Assembly (NCBI GenBank): GCA_041655755.1
Contig: JBBAEY010000001.1
Location: 13,389 to 77,388 of the forward strand
Source: Tissierellaceae bacterium
GTDB taxonomy: Bacteria > Bacillota > Clostridia > Tissierellales > Tissierellaceae
Direction of reading: 5' to 3'
DNA: 64,000 nt
A program made the translations under genes and the position numbers. A model generated the notes under the pieces. That model saw nothing but the letters and a program-made list of their open reading frames with translations, had not been told where the DNA came from and did not search any database. Positions 8,613-17,773 of this stretch are shown in pieces. Numbering within the stretch: position 1 is the first letter of the stretch; each line of letters starts with the position of its first letter.

Positions 8613-8649
8613 ATAAGTCTTATAATTCCAATAGAATTACAAGACTTAT
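8613..8649. other. Long intergenic hairpin (16-bp arms with 1 mismatch, 5-nt loop)
   Basis: ATAAGTCTTATAATTC (8613-8628), loop CAATA, GAATTACAAGACTTAT (8634-8649). No flanking U-tract on either strand. Confidence 0.5.
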
Positions 8650-8734
8650 GCTCATAGCCTATATTAAATGTTGATTTATTTATACCCCTAGTAACTAGGA
8701 CTAAACTACTATTTTTGAAAATTCGACAATATTT

Positions 8735-9127
8735 TTATAGCTCCTTTTCTACCACGCACTGGGTCTTGATTTTCTCCACAAGGACTTGAAGGGCATCTAT
8801 GACATTTGGTCTAATATCTCCTCCTATGAGCACATACATGATATCGTCTCCAAGACTTAATATCCCCTGATTAAGCCATACCTTCACATAATAAACACCC
8901 TGCAATTTATAGGCCTCTTCTATAGCCTTCTGGACTTTTTCCTCATCATAGCTAAATTCCATGCCTTTGACCAGGGCTCCCCTATCTATTCCCTCCCTGA
9001 CATAGGCCCTTGGCGTCTCCCTGACTACTCCATTGTGGAATAAATACATGCCCACCTGCCCAGCATTGGGATCGTTTTTTGCCTCTTCTATCCATCGGTC
9101 CATGGACGGAGATTCCTTATCTGACAT
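8735..9127 (-). CDS. MoaE-like (molybdopterin synthase large-subunit fold) protein
   Basis: 130 aa. Pattern 'G.YLFHNGVVRE' ... 'G.L.LGDDIMYVLIGG..R' ... 'KEL' resembles short clostridial MoaE-family proteins. Assigned by eye only. Confidence 0.45.
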   Translation of the reverse strand: MSDKESPSMDRWIEEAKNDPNAGQVGMYLFHNGVVRETPRAYVREGIDRGALVKGMEFSYDEEKVQKAIEEAYKLQGVYYVKVWLNQGILSLGDDIMYVLIGGDIRPNVIDALQVLVEKIKTQCVVEKEL

Positions 9128-9170
9128 ATTCTCACCTCCAAAGTAGATGGCGGTCTATGACCGCCATCGG

Positions 9171-9980
9171 TTAAAATGCAGGGCTACTTGCCCAACTGTA
9201 TTCGTCAATTAAGAACTGCCTGACCTTGTCGCTGCTTATATGCCTGATTAGGGCCTCTATCTTGTCGCTGTCCCTATTGTCCTGCCTAGCCACTAGTGAA
9301 ATGGCATAGCCCTCAGTTATACTGTCCTGCTCCTCTACATATAGCCTCTCCTCATCTCCTACTAGCTCCAGACTCTTGGCATAGGTTGGATACATGACTG
9401 CCATGCCTGTTTCTGTATATCTTTGTGCCAGACTAGTCAGGGGTACTTGGTCATCTAGGACTAGGTTTTTGTGGTTTTCCTCTATATCCCCTAGATCCAA
9501 TCCCGTTGTCTTATCATCTTTAAAACTAAGCAGTCCAGCCTGCCCCAACAAGTACAGGGCCCTACTCAAATTAGTTCCATCGTCTGGAAGGGTTATGCTA
9601 CTGCCACTTTCTATCTCTTCAAGGCTCTTGTAATCCTTGGAATAGAGGGCGTAGGTAGCATGGTAGATGGGCTGAATAGTTACCAAATCTGCATCGTTGG
9701 CCTCATTAAAGGCCTGAAGAAAATAATCGTGTTGTATCATATTTGCGTCAAGTTCTTCATTCTGGAGCAGGTTATTTGGAGTTTGATAGTCGGAAAACTC
9801 GTGAATATTTAATTCATAGCCCTCTTCTTTTAAGTCGTCTTGAATTAAGAGCAGTATATCCTTCATTGGATAAAATGATACTCCTACATTTATTTCGCTG
9901 CTTTCTTTTTCTGTCTTGCTGCATGCTGCCAGGGACAGGACAAGTATTAGTGCTACTGATAACAATAAAATTCTTTTCAT
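9171..9980 (-). CDS. metQ: Methionine ABC transporter substrate-binding lipoprotein (MetQ/NlpA family)
   Basis: Signal peptide with lipobox 'LSLAAC'. NlpA-family body. Start set to MKRILLL (9980), not the overlapping track start at 10082. Confidence 0.85.
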   Translation of the reverse strand: MKRILLLSVALILVLSLAACSKTEKESSEINVGVSFYPMKDILLLIQDDLKEEGYELNIHEFSDYQTPNNLLQNEELDANMIQHDYFLQAFNEANDADLVTIQPIYHATYALYSKDYKSLEEIESGSSITLPDDGTNLSRALYLLGQAGLLSFKDDKTTGLDLGDIEENHKNLVLDDQVPLTSLAQRYTETGMAVMYPTYAKSLELVGDEERLYVEEQDSITEGYAISLVARQDNRDSDKIEALIRHISSDKVRQFLIDEYSWASSPAF

Positions 9981-9994
9981 TTTTACATATCTCC

Positions 9995-10669
9995 TTATCT
10001 TTTGTCTATTTTTTTGGCAATAGCATTGCCTATGGCCTGAATGAATTGGACAATTAAAATCATAAATACAATTATAATCCACATCAGCTTGTAATTAAAA
10101 TTGTAATATCCTTCGCTTATGGCCAAATAACCCAAGCCTCCACCGCCTATTATCCCCATTACCGTTGAATAGGATAAGAGACTAATGGTGGTGGAGGTAA
10201 AGCTCAGGACCAAGCCCGAACGGGCCTCCCTAAGCAGGAAGAAAATAAAATACTGAAATGCATTGGAACCTAGGGCATAGGAGGTCTCATATAAGTTCTT
10301 GTCTAGGTCTAATAAGTCCTTCTCTGTAAAACGCGAAAATGTCGCTATGCCTATGAAGCTCAGGGGAATTTTTGATGCATTGACGCCAAAGCCTGTCCCA
10401 AGTATTAGCCTGTTAAAAGGGATAATAACTATGATGAATAATATAAAGGGGATTGATCTGGTAATATTTATCAGGCTAGATACTAGGAAGTATACGGCCC
10501 TGTTTCTATATATGCCCTCCGAGCCTGTGGCAAATAGAATAAATCCCAAGAGCAGCCCCAAGATAAGGGAGGCTAACATGGCAAAAAACATCATGTCTAC
10601 TGTCTCATATAGGGATCTAAATATATCTATCCTAAATGTTCTAAATATGTCCATATATTGGCTAATCAC
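9995..10669 (-). CDS. metI: Methionine ABC transporter permease
   Basis: Polytopic membrane protein of MetI type. Overlaps metN by 8 nt. Confidence 0.85.
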   Translation of the reverse strand: MISQYMDIFRTFRIDIFRSLYETVDMMFFAMLASLILGLLLGFILFATGSEGIYRNRAVYFLVSSLINITRSIPFILFIIVIIPFNRLILGTGFGVNASKIPLSFIGIATFSRFTEKDLLDLDKNLYETSYALGSNAFQYFIFFLLREARSGLVLSFTSTTISLLSYSTVMGIIGGGGLGYLAISEGYYNFNYKLMWIIIVFMILIVQFIQAIGNAIAKKIDKR

Positions 10670-11381
10670 CTAGTAAAGCCTCCTTGTAGGATAGGGGCTT
10701 TAGTTCCTTCACATCTAGGGAAATAATGTCCTTGATCCTGCCCCTATCTAAAATTGCTACCCTATTGCATAGGGCCTTGATTACAGATATGTCATGGGAT
10801 ACCACTACTATTGTGCTGTCAAATTTCTCATTGATTTCCCTCAATAGCTTTAGTATCTCATAGCTCATCTTTTCATCTAGGGCAGATGTTGGTTCATCAC
10901 AGAATATTACCCTTGGCCTGGTCATCAGTGTGCGAGCTATGGCTACTCTTTGCTTTTCTCCCCCTGATAGGTTTCTAATATAGGACCTTTCAAAATTGGA
11001 AAGGCCTACAAAAGATAGGAGTTCCCTAGCCCTTTTAATATTTTCCTTCCTATCACCCTTTCTCAACCTACTGGGCAAGAGGACATTGTCTATTACATTT
11101 AGATTGCCCAGTAAATTGAAATCTTGAAATATCATGGAGCTGTCCTTTACTAGCCTGTATCTTGTACCCTCATCCAGCCTCTGGCCCATCAGGTATATGT
11201 CCCCCTCATCGGCCTTCATAAATCCATTCATCAATCTCAATATGGTGGATTTTCCACTGCCCGTTTCCCCTACCAAGCCAAATATGTCCCCTTTTTCAAC
11301 ATGCAAATATATCTGGTCGATTATCTTGGTCTCTCTGCCGTTTATCATAAAACTCTTTGATAGATTTTCCAGTCTTATCAT
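10662..11381 (-). CDS. metN: Methionine-type ABC transporter ATP-binding protein (short form without an obvious NIL domain)
   Basis: Walker A 'GETGSGKST', signature 'LSGGEKQR', Walker B 'VIFCDEPTSALD'. Confidence 0.85.
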   Translation of the reverse strand: MIRLENLSKSFMINGRETKIIDQIYLHVEKGDIFGLVGETGSGKSTILRLMNGFMKADEGDIYLMGQRLDEGTRYRLVKDSSMIFQDFNLLGNLNVIDNVLLPSRLRKGDRKENIKRARELLSFVGLSNFERSYIRNLSGGEKQRVAIARTLMTRPRVIFCDEPTSALDEKMSYEILKLLREINEKFDSTIVVVSHDISVIKALCNRVAILDRGRIKDIISLDVKELKPLSYKEALLGD

Positions 11382-11384
11382 AGA

Positions 11385-12203
11385 TTAAAATTTCCCCGAA
11401 GAACCGCCATGGCTTCGCCCAGAAGAAGAGGTATGGGTACTTGAGCCTGTGGAAGAACTGCTTTCCTTGGGCCTTTCCCTCTTGCTGACCACAGTATAGA
11501 GAAATAAATCCCTGCTTGCTCCTAATTTTAGGCTGTCGTCCTTCAAATAACTGGAAGCTGCCCTTTGCATAGACACAGATTTTAATTTTCTCTTCATGGA
11601 CCCCGTAATGATAAATGAAACTATTGCCCCTAGGAAGATTGAAATAGGTATCCATTTGGGAGATAGAGGCTCCTTTGGCATATTACCATTGTCGTAGGGC
11701 TTTTTATCCTTTGCCTGATTTATAAAATCATCACAGAGATCTGCATATAGGTCAAATCCCTTGTAGTAATTTCCCTCTCTTAATTCTTCAAGAACCTTGC
11801 CCATTAAGTATTCTTGTCCTGCATCAGTAAAGACCGTAATGCCATAGCCTGTAGTGGAGACTGCCCAATCCCTTTCCTCCATGCTCAAGAGCAATAGTAT
11901 GCCATCGGCATTGTCTCCAAATCCATAGCCATTATAGTCGAAAAAGTCGTCTGCATATTCTGTCGGCGTACTCTGCCCCAGAGAGTCAACTGTAGCAACC
12001 ACTATGTCGAGTTTTTGCCTTTCGCTTATTTCATCAAGTTTTTCTACTAGACTCATCTCTTGATCCCTGGTTAATAATCCTGCATCATCTACTAGCCTAG
12101 GCAAGAGCCTTTCCTCTGGAATCTCCCTGGCAAATCCAAGGCCAGGCAACAATATTGTAATTATTAGAAGTAAGAGCATGGATAGTTGTAGTTTTGCTTT
12201 CAT
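11385..12203 (-). CDS. TPM-domain protein (YdjH/YgcG-like)
   Basis: Signal peptide. 'LVDDAGLLT..E...L...L.EIS....LDIVV' is a TPM hallmark. C-terminal TM and a Ser/Gly-rich tail. Confidence 0.8.
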   Translation of the reverse strand: MKAKLQLSMLLLLIITILLPGLGFAREIPEERLLPRLVDDAGLLTRDQEMSLVEKLDEISERQKLDIVVATVDSLGQSTPTEYADDFFDYNGYGFGDNADGILLLLSMEERDWAVSTTGYGITVFTDAGQEYLMGKVLEELREGNYYKGFDLYADLCDDFINQAKDKKPYDNGNMPKEPLSPKWIPISIFLGAIVSFIITGSMKRKLKSVSMQRAASSYLKDDSLKLGASRDLFLYTVVSKRERPKESSSSTGSSTHTSSSGRSHGGSSGKF

Positions 12204-12214
12204 CGCTTTCCCTC

Positions 12215-13288
12215 CTATAGCACTATTCTTGCGATTGTATATATTATTATGCTGCTAATTGCCGTATAAAGGGTTAAATATTTCAGGTAGGCAACTTTGT
12301 CCAGAGGCAGGTTGCCTACGAATTTCCCTGTCTGCCCATTCATGGCAAATGTATAAGTCTTGCCTTTCCACTTAGTATTTAATATCCATACAGGGTAGAG
12401 GGCATATTTTGCCCTTCCATTTCTCAGCCTTATGCTGGTGTTTTCAGGTGTCACTGTTGAATAGCCGGAAACTGTAAATCGAAAGGTATCCTCAGTACTT
12501 TGCCTTACCCTTTGATTGGCCCTCTCTACGCTTTCCTCTTCCGTAACGTCGTATTTATCTGCTAGGTATCCCGCCAAATATGCTGTTTGAAAATCAACTG
12601 CATCCTTAAAATCAAAGGGTTCGATGGACTCCATCAGGTCGTCGTCCATATTTGAAGAACCGTCTACTGGTATCTTTTCAAAACCTATGCTTCCCTCCCT
12701 GATAACGGAGTAAAAGCTGGTCTTTGTGTAAGTATAGTTCTTGTCGCTCCAAGTCGTTACCCTAGTAGCCCTGTACCTTATATTGGCGTCTGCATCAGTA
12801 TCAAACAACCAAAATGGGACATATATGCCCTTTACCTCTTCTATATGGTTCTGATCCTTGAATACCTTTGGTAACAATTTCTTCCCCATTAGATGTCTTT
12901 TGAAAAAGGCCTTAGCCAATCCCTTATTCAGTTTAAAGGGTATTACATAGTCTGGCTTTAGGCTACCCTTGAATTGCCCCATGATGACAACTGGGTTGTC
13001 GCAATATGGGCAGGATGTTGCCGCAGTATTGGCATCTGCAAGGATTTCTCCACCGCAGGATTTACAGCCATAGACTAGCAGGCCCTCGGTCTCCCCTTCT
13101 TCCCACTGTCCACCTGCCTTTGATTCCCAGTTCATCTCCTCTGGCCTTTCTTTTTTTAATTGCTCATCAAAGGCCTTGAGGGTCTCCATTTCAAATTCTG
13201 TATCACAATAGGGACACTTCATCTTTTGAATGCTGGAGTCGAAGCCTATAGCCCCGCCACAAGCAGGGCACTTATATTCCTGTAACAT
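12215..13288 (-). CDS. Zinc-ribbon protein (YdjG-like) with C-terminal TM
   Basis: 'YKCPACGG..F....QKMKCPYCDTEF' plus a second 'CKSCGG...CPYCDN' ribbon. Positioned between the SPFH and TPM genes, as in the B. subtilis ydjGHI module. Confidence 0.65.
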   Translation of the reverse strand: MLQEYKCPACGGAIGFDSSIQKMKCPYCDTEFEMETLKAFDEQLKKERPEEMNWESKAGGQWEEGETEGLLVYGCKSCGGEILADANTAATSCPYCDNPVVIMGQFKGSLKPDYVIPFKLNKGLAKAFFKRHLMGKKLLPKVFKDQNHIEEVKGIYVPFWLFDTDADANIRYRATRVTTWSDKNYTYTKTSFYSVIREGSIGFEKIPVDGSSNMDDDLMESIEPFDFKDAVDFQTAYLAGYLADKYDVTEEESVERANQRVRQSTEDTFRFTVSGYSTVTPENTSIRLRNGRAKYALYPVWILNTKWKGKTYTFAMNGQTGKFVGNLPLDKVAYLKYLTLYTAISSIIIYTIARIVL

Positions 13289-13315
13289 CGTTTTTAGCCC
13301 CCTTAAGTAGATAGT

Positions 13316-14521
13316 CTAAAATTTATTTCCGCATTCAGGGCAGAATTTTGGCGGATTTCCTGGATCTTCTGGTTCATAGCCACAATTAGAGCATTTTGCT
13401 GGCCTTGGACTGCCGCATTCAGTACAGAATTTCCCCGAATTTGCGGTGCCACAGCTACAGGTCCAGGTCGTTTGCTGGCTTTCTTGATTTCCTTGGTTTT
13501 GCTGAGCCCCTTGCTTCTGACCCATGGCAAATAGGTTTTGAGCATTCATGCCACCTGCCTGCTGGGCCATGCCCATGCCCATAAAGCCCATCATAGCTCC
13601 GCCCTCGTTCTTAGCTGCACCCTTCATGGCATCTGCCTGTGCCCCGACTAGGGTTGCTGCAGCCATGGTAGGATCCCTCATTATTGCAGTTCTCTGGGCC
13701 TGTTTAATCATCTCTGCGTCTTCTTCTGGCAGGGTAATAGGATTTAGACCTATGGACACTACCCTTAGGCCCCTTATTTCTCCCCATTTTTGTGACAGCA
13801 CTGCATTCATTGCATTTGATAGTTCCTCAGCATAGCCTGGCAGGGCACTGGGCCTTACACCCAATCTTGAAATTTCTGCAAAGGCAGGCTGTAGTGCTGT
13901 AATGAATTCTGTCTTTAATTGGCCCTCGATTTCACTCCTTGTATATTCGGATTCTACATTTCCGCTGACATTGGTATAGAAGAGGATTGGATCCTCAATT
14001 TTAAAGGAATAGGTCCCTGAGCATCTAACTGCTACATCTATATCCAGGCCAATATTAGCATCTACTACCCTGAAGGGTATGGGGTTTGGAGTGCCGAATT
14101 TATTATCCAGCAGTTCCTTAGTGTTGAAGTAATATACTCTCTGGTCCTTTCCCGTATCCCCCCCATAGGCAAATCTCTTGCCCATGGTCTTGAAGGTATT
14201 TTTTATACCCTGACCCAAGGGACCCGTAAATATACTGGGCTCAGATGAACTATCATATGTATATTCTCCGGGCTCGGCGCAAACTTCTACCACCTTCCCC
14301 TGCTCCACTATTATCATACATTGTCCATCTGCTACTGCAATGCCGGACCCATTTGATATGATATTGTCATTGCCCTTGGTATTTGAGGACCTCCTTCCAA
14401 TACGTTTTTCCCCCTTGACTACCATGACCTCCTTTGGCATGGATTCGCAGTAGAAAAACTCCTTCCATTGATCGGCTAGGGTACCACCTGCAGCCCCTAG
14501 GCCCGCTTTAATTAATCCCAT
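13316..14521 (-). CDS. SPFH-domain protein (YdjI-like) with C-terminal zinc ribbons
   Basis: 'MGLIKAGLGAAGGTLADQWKEFF' is the family-typical N-terminus. C-terminal motifs 'WTCSCGT..GKFCTECG' and 'CSNCG...KFCPECG'. Confidence 0.8.
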   Translation of the reverse strand: MGLIKAGLGAAGGTLADQWKEFFYCESMPKEVMVVKGEKRIGRRSSNTKGNDNIISNGSGIAVADGQCMIIVEQGKVVEVCAEPGEYTYDSSSEPSIFTGPLGQGIKNTFKTMGKRFAYGGDTGKDQRVYYFNTKELLDNKFGTPNPIPFRVVDANIGLDIDVAVRCSGTYSFKIEDPILFYTNVSGNVESEYTRSEIEGQLKTEFITALQPAFAEISRLGVRPSALPGYAEELSNAMNAVLSQKWGEIRGLRVVSIGLNPITLPEEDAEMIKQAQRTAIMRDPTMAAATLVGAQADAMKGAAKNEGGAMMGFMGMGMAQQAGGMNAQNLFAMGQKQGAQQNQGNQESQQTTWTCSCGTANSGKFCTECGSPRPAKCSNCGYEPEDPGNPPKFCPECGNKF

Positions 14522-14672
14522 ATTTACTACCTCCTCTACATTGATATGCTTAACTTTTACCCAAATTTACTGATTTCAGTCACCCTGCCTATTTTTTCTT
14601 TGGTTGATGTAATCCTGCTTTTGTATTATAGTAAAGTAAAGAGAATTCATGTCAGGTTTGGGGGCAAATTTA

Positions 14673-15299
14673 ATGAACTTTATAGAAAATAGCCATGAAA
14701 AAATCCTATCATTTTTTAACTATCCCTATGTAAATAAGGAAGTCCTAGACCAAATTAAGGGCCCAATTATCCTTCATATCAGCGATACCCCTGTGACTTC
14801 TTACAGTTACATTTTTAGGTTAATAAAAATTCTAAAACCCAAATATATTATACATACAGGGGACATGGTTGACAACATAAAGCTGGAGATTAGAAGAAAC
14901 AGGCTGGACTGTTACCGTCAGGGAATTGAAAGGCTTACAGAGGGCCTTGAAAGCGACAAAGCTTCAAAGGTTTTTTATCTCATGGGCAATCACGACCACT
15001 TGAAAACTGTTAAGAGGGTGACGAAAAGGGGTATAATCGTAGATGAGGGTTCCCTGAAGCTAGATAATTACCACCTGATTGTCAGCCATTATTTCAAGGA
15101 ATATCCCTATAAGGCCGATTTTAACCTCTATGGTCACAGCCCAAATCCAAGTCACTATCAAAGAGAAGGTATTAACGGATTAAATGGGCTTGTAAATATA
15201 AATATAATCGACTTATCCAATGGTAATGTATTTCATATAAACTATCCCATAGGTACGAATTCTGCAAGGGGCATGGAATTTAAGCGAATAAAATTGTAA
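14673..15299 (+). CDS. Metallophosphoesterase
   Basis: 'ILHISDT', 'IIHTGDMVDN', 'GNHDH', 'GHS'. GGGGG lies 8 nt upstream of the ATG at 14673; the track start was 14649. Confidence 0.75.
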   Translation: MNFIENSHEKILSFFNYPYVNKEVLDQIKGPIILHISDTPVTSYSYIFRLIKILKPKYIIHTGDMVDNIKLEIRRNRLDCYRQGIERLTEGLESDKASKVFYLMGNHDHLKTVKRVTKRGIIVDEGSLKLDNYHLIVSHYFKEYPYKADFNLYGHSPNPSHYQREGINGLNGLVNINIIDLSNGNVFHINYPIGTNSARGMEFKRIKL

Positions 15300-15312
15300 A
15301 GGGGGATATACT

Positions 15313-16305
15313 ATGTTGCTATTTCGGATGGGCCCACGTTATTTGTTCATTAGGAGCAATAATATAGAGGGGATTGCCGACTTTCTGGTGTCAAATCTAG
15401 GAGGGCAGTTGACTGATTTTGAAAAAGGAATGGCTGATGCTTCAGAATATAGCACCATCTGCTTTATAACCGACAGCCTTCCCGAAAAAACCTATATTGA
15501 AGACGCCAGGAAAATTGTACTGGTTCATGACGGTTCTTCTATTATCCTGTCTACTATTCTAAACAATCAGGCCTGTAAGCTAATCCACAGGATTGATTTT
15601 GGCCCTACTTCAATACTGATGCGCATACCCGGTGATGAGGCTAAATTGGTTACAAGGCTGCAGGAAATATTTAGTGGTCTAGTAGTAGATTGGGCGGAGG
15701 CTATTGGAGTTGGAGAAAAAGACGACACCATTATTTCCTTTACCAATAGGGAGCTTAGGCACACAGTATCCCAATTAAAGAAACCAAAGCTACTCATAGA
15801 GCAGCCTGCAAGACTCGTGAAGGATAGGCTGAGGCTAGAAGGCTTTAGGCTCATTACCCAAAGCCTTGAGGAAAGCCAGTGGTATGAGCTAAGAATCAAC
15901 ATTTACGACTCCTATGGTAAATACGAAGACCATTATAACAGGCTTATATTTATACTATCTAAGCTTGAAATGGGTATGATACTAGGAGAGAGCTGGACCA
16001 AGGACTATGCCGTCATGCTCTACTCAGTCCTAGTTTATCAGGTTAGACTCTATACATTTTTGGAGCCCCTAGAGGTTAAAAAGATACTGGTAGCCCTAGA
16101 GTATAGTTTAGACGGGCAGAGGCTAATAGACTTTGACCTCTATTACAAAAATAAAAAGGTTTATTGGAATGAAGTGAGAGATCCTAAAAACAGAAAAACC
16201 AAGGCGGAAGATTCAAAAAACTACAGGAAGGGACTCTATGAGAGACTTAGTCCTGAAAGCATAAAGAGCTTGGAGAATATGGAAAGGGCCATACTTAAGA
16301 GATAG
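15313..16305 (+). CDS. Hypothetical protein (no family recognised)
   Basis: 330-aa ORF with SD AAAGGGGG. Convergently overlaps the next gene by 11 nt. Confidence 0.5.
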   Translation: MLLFRMGPRYLFIRSNNIEGIADFLVSNLGGQLTDFEKGMADASEYSTICFITDSLPEKTYIEDARKIVLVHDGSSIILSTILNNQACKLIHRIDFGPTSILMRIPGDEAKLVTRLQEIFSGLVVDWAEAIGVGEKDDTIISFTNRELRHTVSQLKKPKLLIEQPARLVKDRLRLEGFRLITQSLEESQWYELRINIYDSYGKYEDHYNRLIFILSKLEMGMILGESWTKDYAVMLYSVLVYQVRLYTFLEPLEVKKILVALEYSLDGQRLIDFDLYYKNKKVYWNEVRDPKNRKTKAEDSKNYRKGLYERLSPESIKSLENMERAILKR

Positions 16306-17773
16306 TATGGCCCTCAGCTATGTCGACCTCTGCCATGGGGAATATTATGGTTATGCGGGTCCCTATATTTAACCTGCTGATTATTTCAAAGTAGGCTCCA
16401 TGCTTTTCTACAATCCACTTGGCTATGGATAGTCCAAGACCTGAACCCCCACTTTTCCTAGCCCTAGATTCATCTGACCGGTAAAATCTATCGAAAATCT
16501 GGGGCAGGTCTTCGCCATCTATACCGATTCCCCTGTCCTCTACCATAAGTCTGATGGTCTCTTCTTCCTTCTTTACCCTCAGTATAATTTCCTTGCCCTG
16601 GGGAGAGTATTTGAGACTATTATCTACCAGTATCCTGATGGCTTGCTTGAAGAGCTGCCTGTCTGCCTCTATATATGCTGGAGCATCTAATTCTGACCTC
16701 AGTAGGTGTTCCTTGTGAATCATCTCTGTCTCTCGGATTATTTCACCTACTATCTGACAGGAATCAAAGCTTTCCTTATGTAATTGTATGCTTTCGTTAT
16801 CTCCCCTGGCCAAGAATAGGAGTTTTTCTACTAGGTTTTTCATAGATTCAACTTCATCCTTAATGGCATCTATGGATTCCTGCAGTGCCTTTTCATCTTC
16901 CTTACCCCAACGGTCCAGCAGGTTTATATAGCCCTGTATGACAGATATGGGGGTCCTTAGCTCATGGGATGCGTCTGATACAAACCTAATTTGAGATTGA
17001 TAGGACTGATTTATCCTGTTCAACATGCCATTTATTGCATAGGCCAGATCTTTCAATTCATTCTGAGAACTGTCCACTGATATTCTCTTATCCAATTTAC
17101 TGGCATCTATGCTGCTGATTTCCCCTGCCAGATCCCTTAGGTTCTTATCGTCAAAGGACTCCAGAGTGTTTAAGGTCCTAGTCTTTTCAGCCAATTCTGC
17201 AAGGGGCTTGAGGGTCCTTCTTATGGATTTTTGACCCTTGATTATATTTTGAAGCAAGATTGCTAGTTCTACTGCCAATAGGATTGCCAAAAGCTTTAAA
17301 AATCTTAGGATTGCAGGGCCGACTGAATATATTATCTGATAGTCCCTGCCTTTCAAAGAAAAGTCCAGAGAGTAGTTTATGGATCTTAATTTCTCACTCC
17401 ATTGGCCCTTGCCTATAGACTTATCTATGAGGATATTCCTCCTGGCAGTCCCTAGCTGGGACGGCAGGATATTTTGCAGGCTCTGGGGCAAAACAATCCC
17501 CTTTGAAGGCCTGGCATATATTATCTCGTATTTGTCTCCATGTACAAGGTCCTGTCCGCCTGTTTCAGATATTTCCAGTGCCCCTACTATGGCCTGAATA
17601 TCTACTTCCGTTTCCCAAAATATAAAGAAAAAACCCATCAGGAATATAAGGGTATTTATGGCCAAAAAGCCGGATAATAGGCTCTTAAAAATCCCTAGAT
17701 TGAGCTTTAAAACCAGCGACGAACGTATTTTTTTTGAAAAACTACTTGAATTTTCTTCCAACCTATCCCTCAT
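16295..17773 (-). CDS. Sensor histidine kinase (HAMP-HisKA-HATPase)
   Basis: 'FVSDASHELRTP' is the H-box. 'DRGIGI' and 'GGSGLGLSIAK' are also present. Two TM segments. Confidence 0.85.
   Translation of the reverse strand: MRDRLEENSSSFSKKIRSSLVLKLNLGIFKSLLSGFLAINTLIFLMGFFFIFWETEVDIQAIVGALEISETGGQDLVHGDKYEIIYARPSKGIVLPQSLQNILPSQLGTARRNILIDKSIGKGQWSEKLRSINYSLDFSLKGRDYQIIYSVGPAILRFLKLLAILLAVELAILLQNIIKGQKSIRRTLKPLAELAEKTRTLNTLESFDDKNLRDLAGEISSIDASKLDKRISVDSSQNELKDLAYAINGMLNRINQSYQSQIRFVSDASHELRTPISVIQGYINLLDRWGKEDEKALQESIDAIKDEVESMKNLVEKLLFLARGDNESIQLHKESFDSCQIVGEIIRETEMIHKEHLLRSELDAPAYIEADRQLFKQAIRILVDNSLKYSPQGKEIILRVKKEEETIRLMVEDRGIGIDGEDLPQIFDRFYRSDESRARKSGGSGLGLSIAKWIVEKHGAYFEIISRLNIGTRITIIFPMAEVDIAEGHTIS

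Noticed and set aside
11382-11384. Looked for an S-box/SAM riboswitch or T-box leader in front of metN.
   Set aside because: Only 3 nt separate metN from the upstream gene, so no leader can exist here. This is reported instead as an operon-fusion observation.
11296-11655. 119-aa minus-strand ORF spanning the TPM/metN junction.
   Set aside because: It is out of frame with two confidently assigned genes that it overlaps, and it has no recognisable motif.
13303-13545. 80-aa minus-strand ORF overlapping the 3-prime end of the SPFH gene.
   Set aside because: It is an alternative frame of the Gln/Gly-rich, zinc-ribbon-encoding tail of the SPFH gene. It is a low-complexity artefact.
15313-16305. 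The C-terminal stretch 'DGQRLIDFDLYYKNKKV' reminded me of CitX (holo-citrate-lyase synthase) motifs.
   Set aside because: This is a single short resemblance, and no citrate-lyase genes are nearby. The gene is left as hypothetical.
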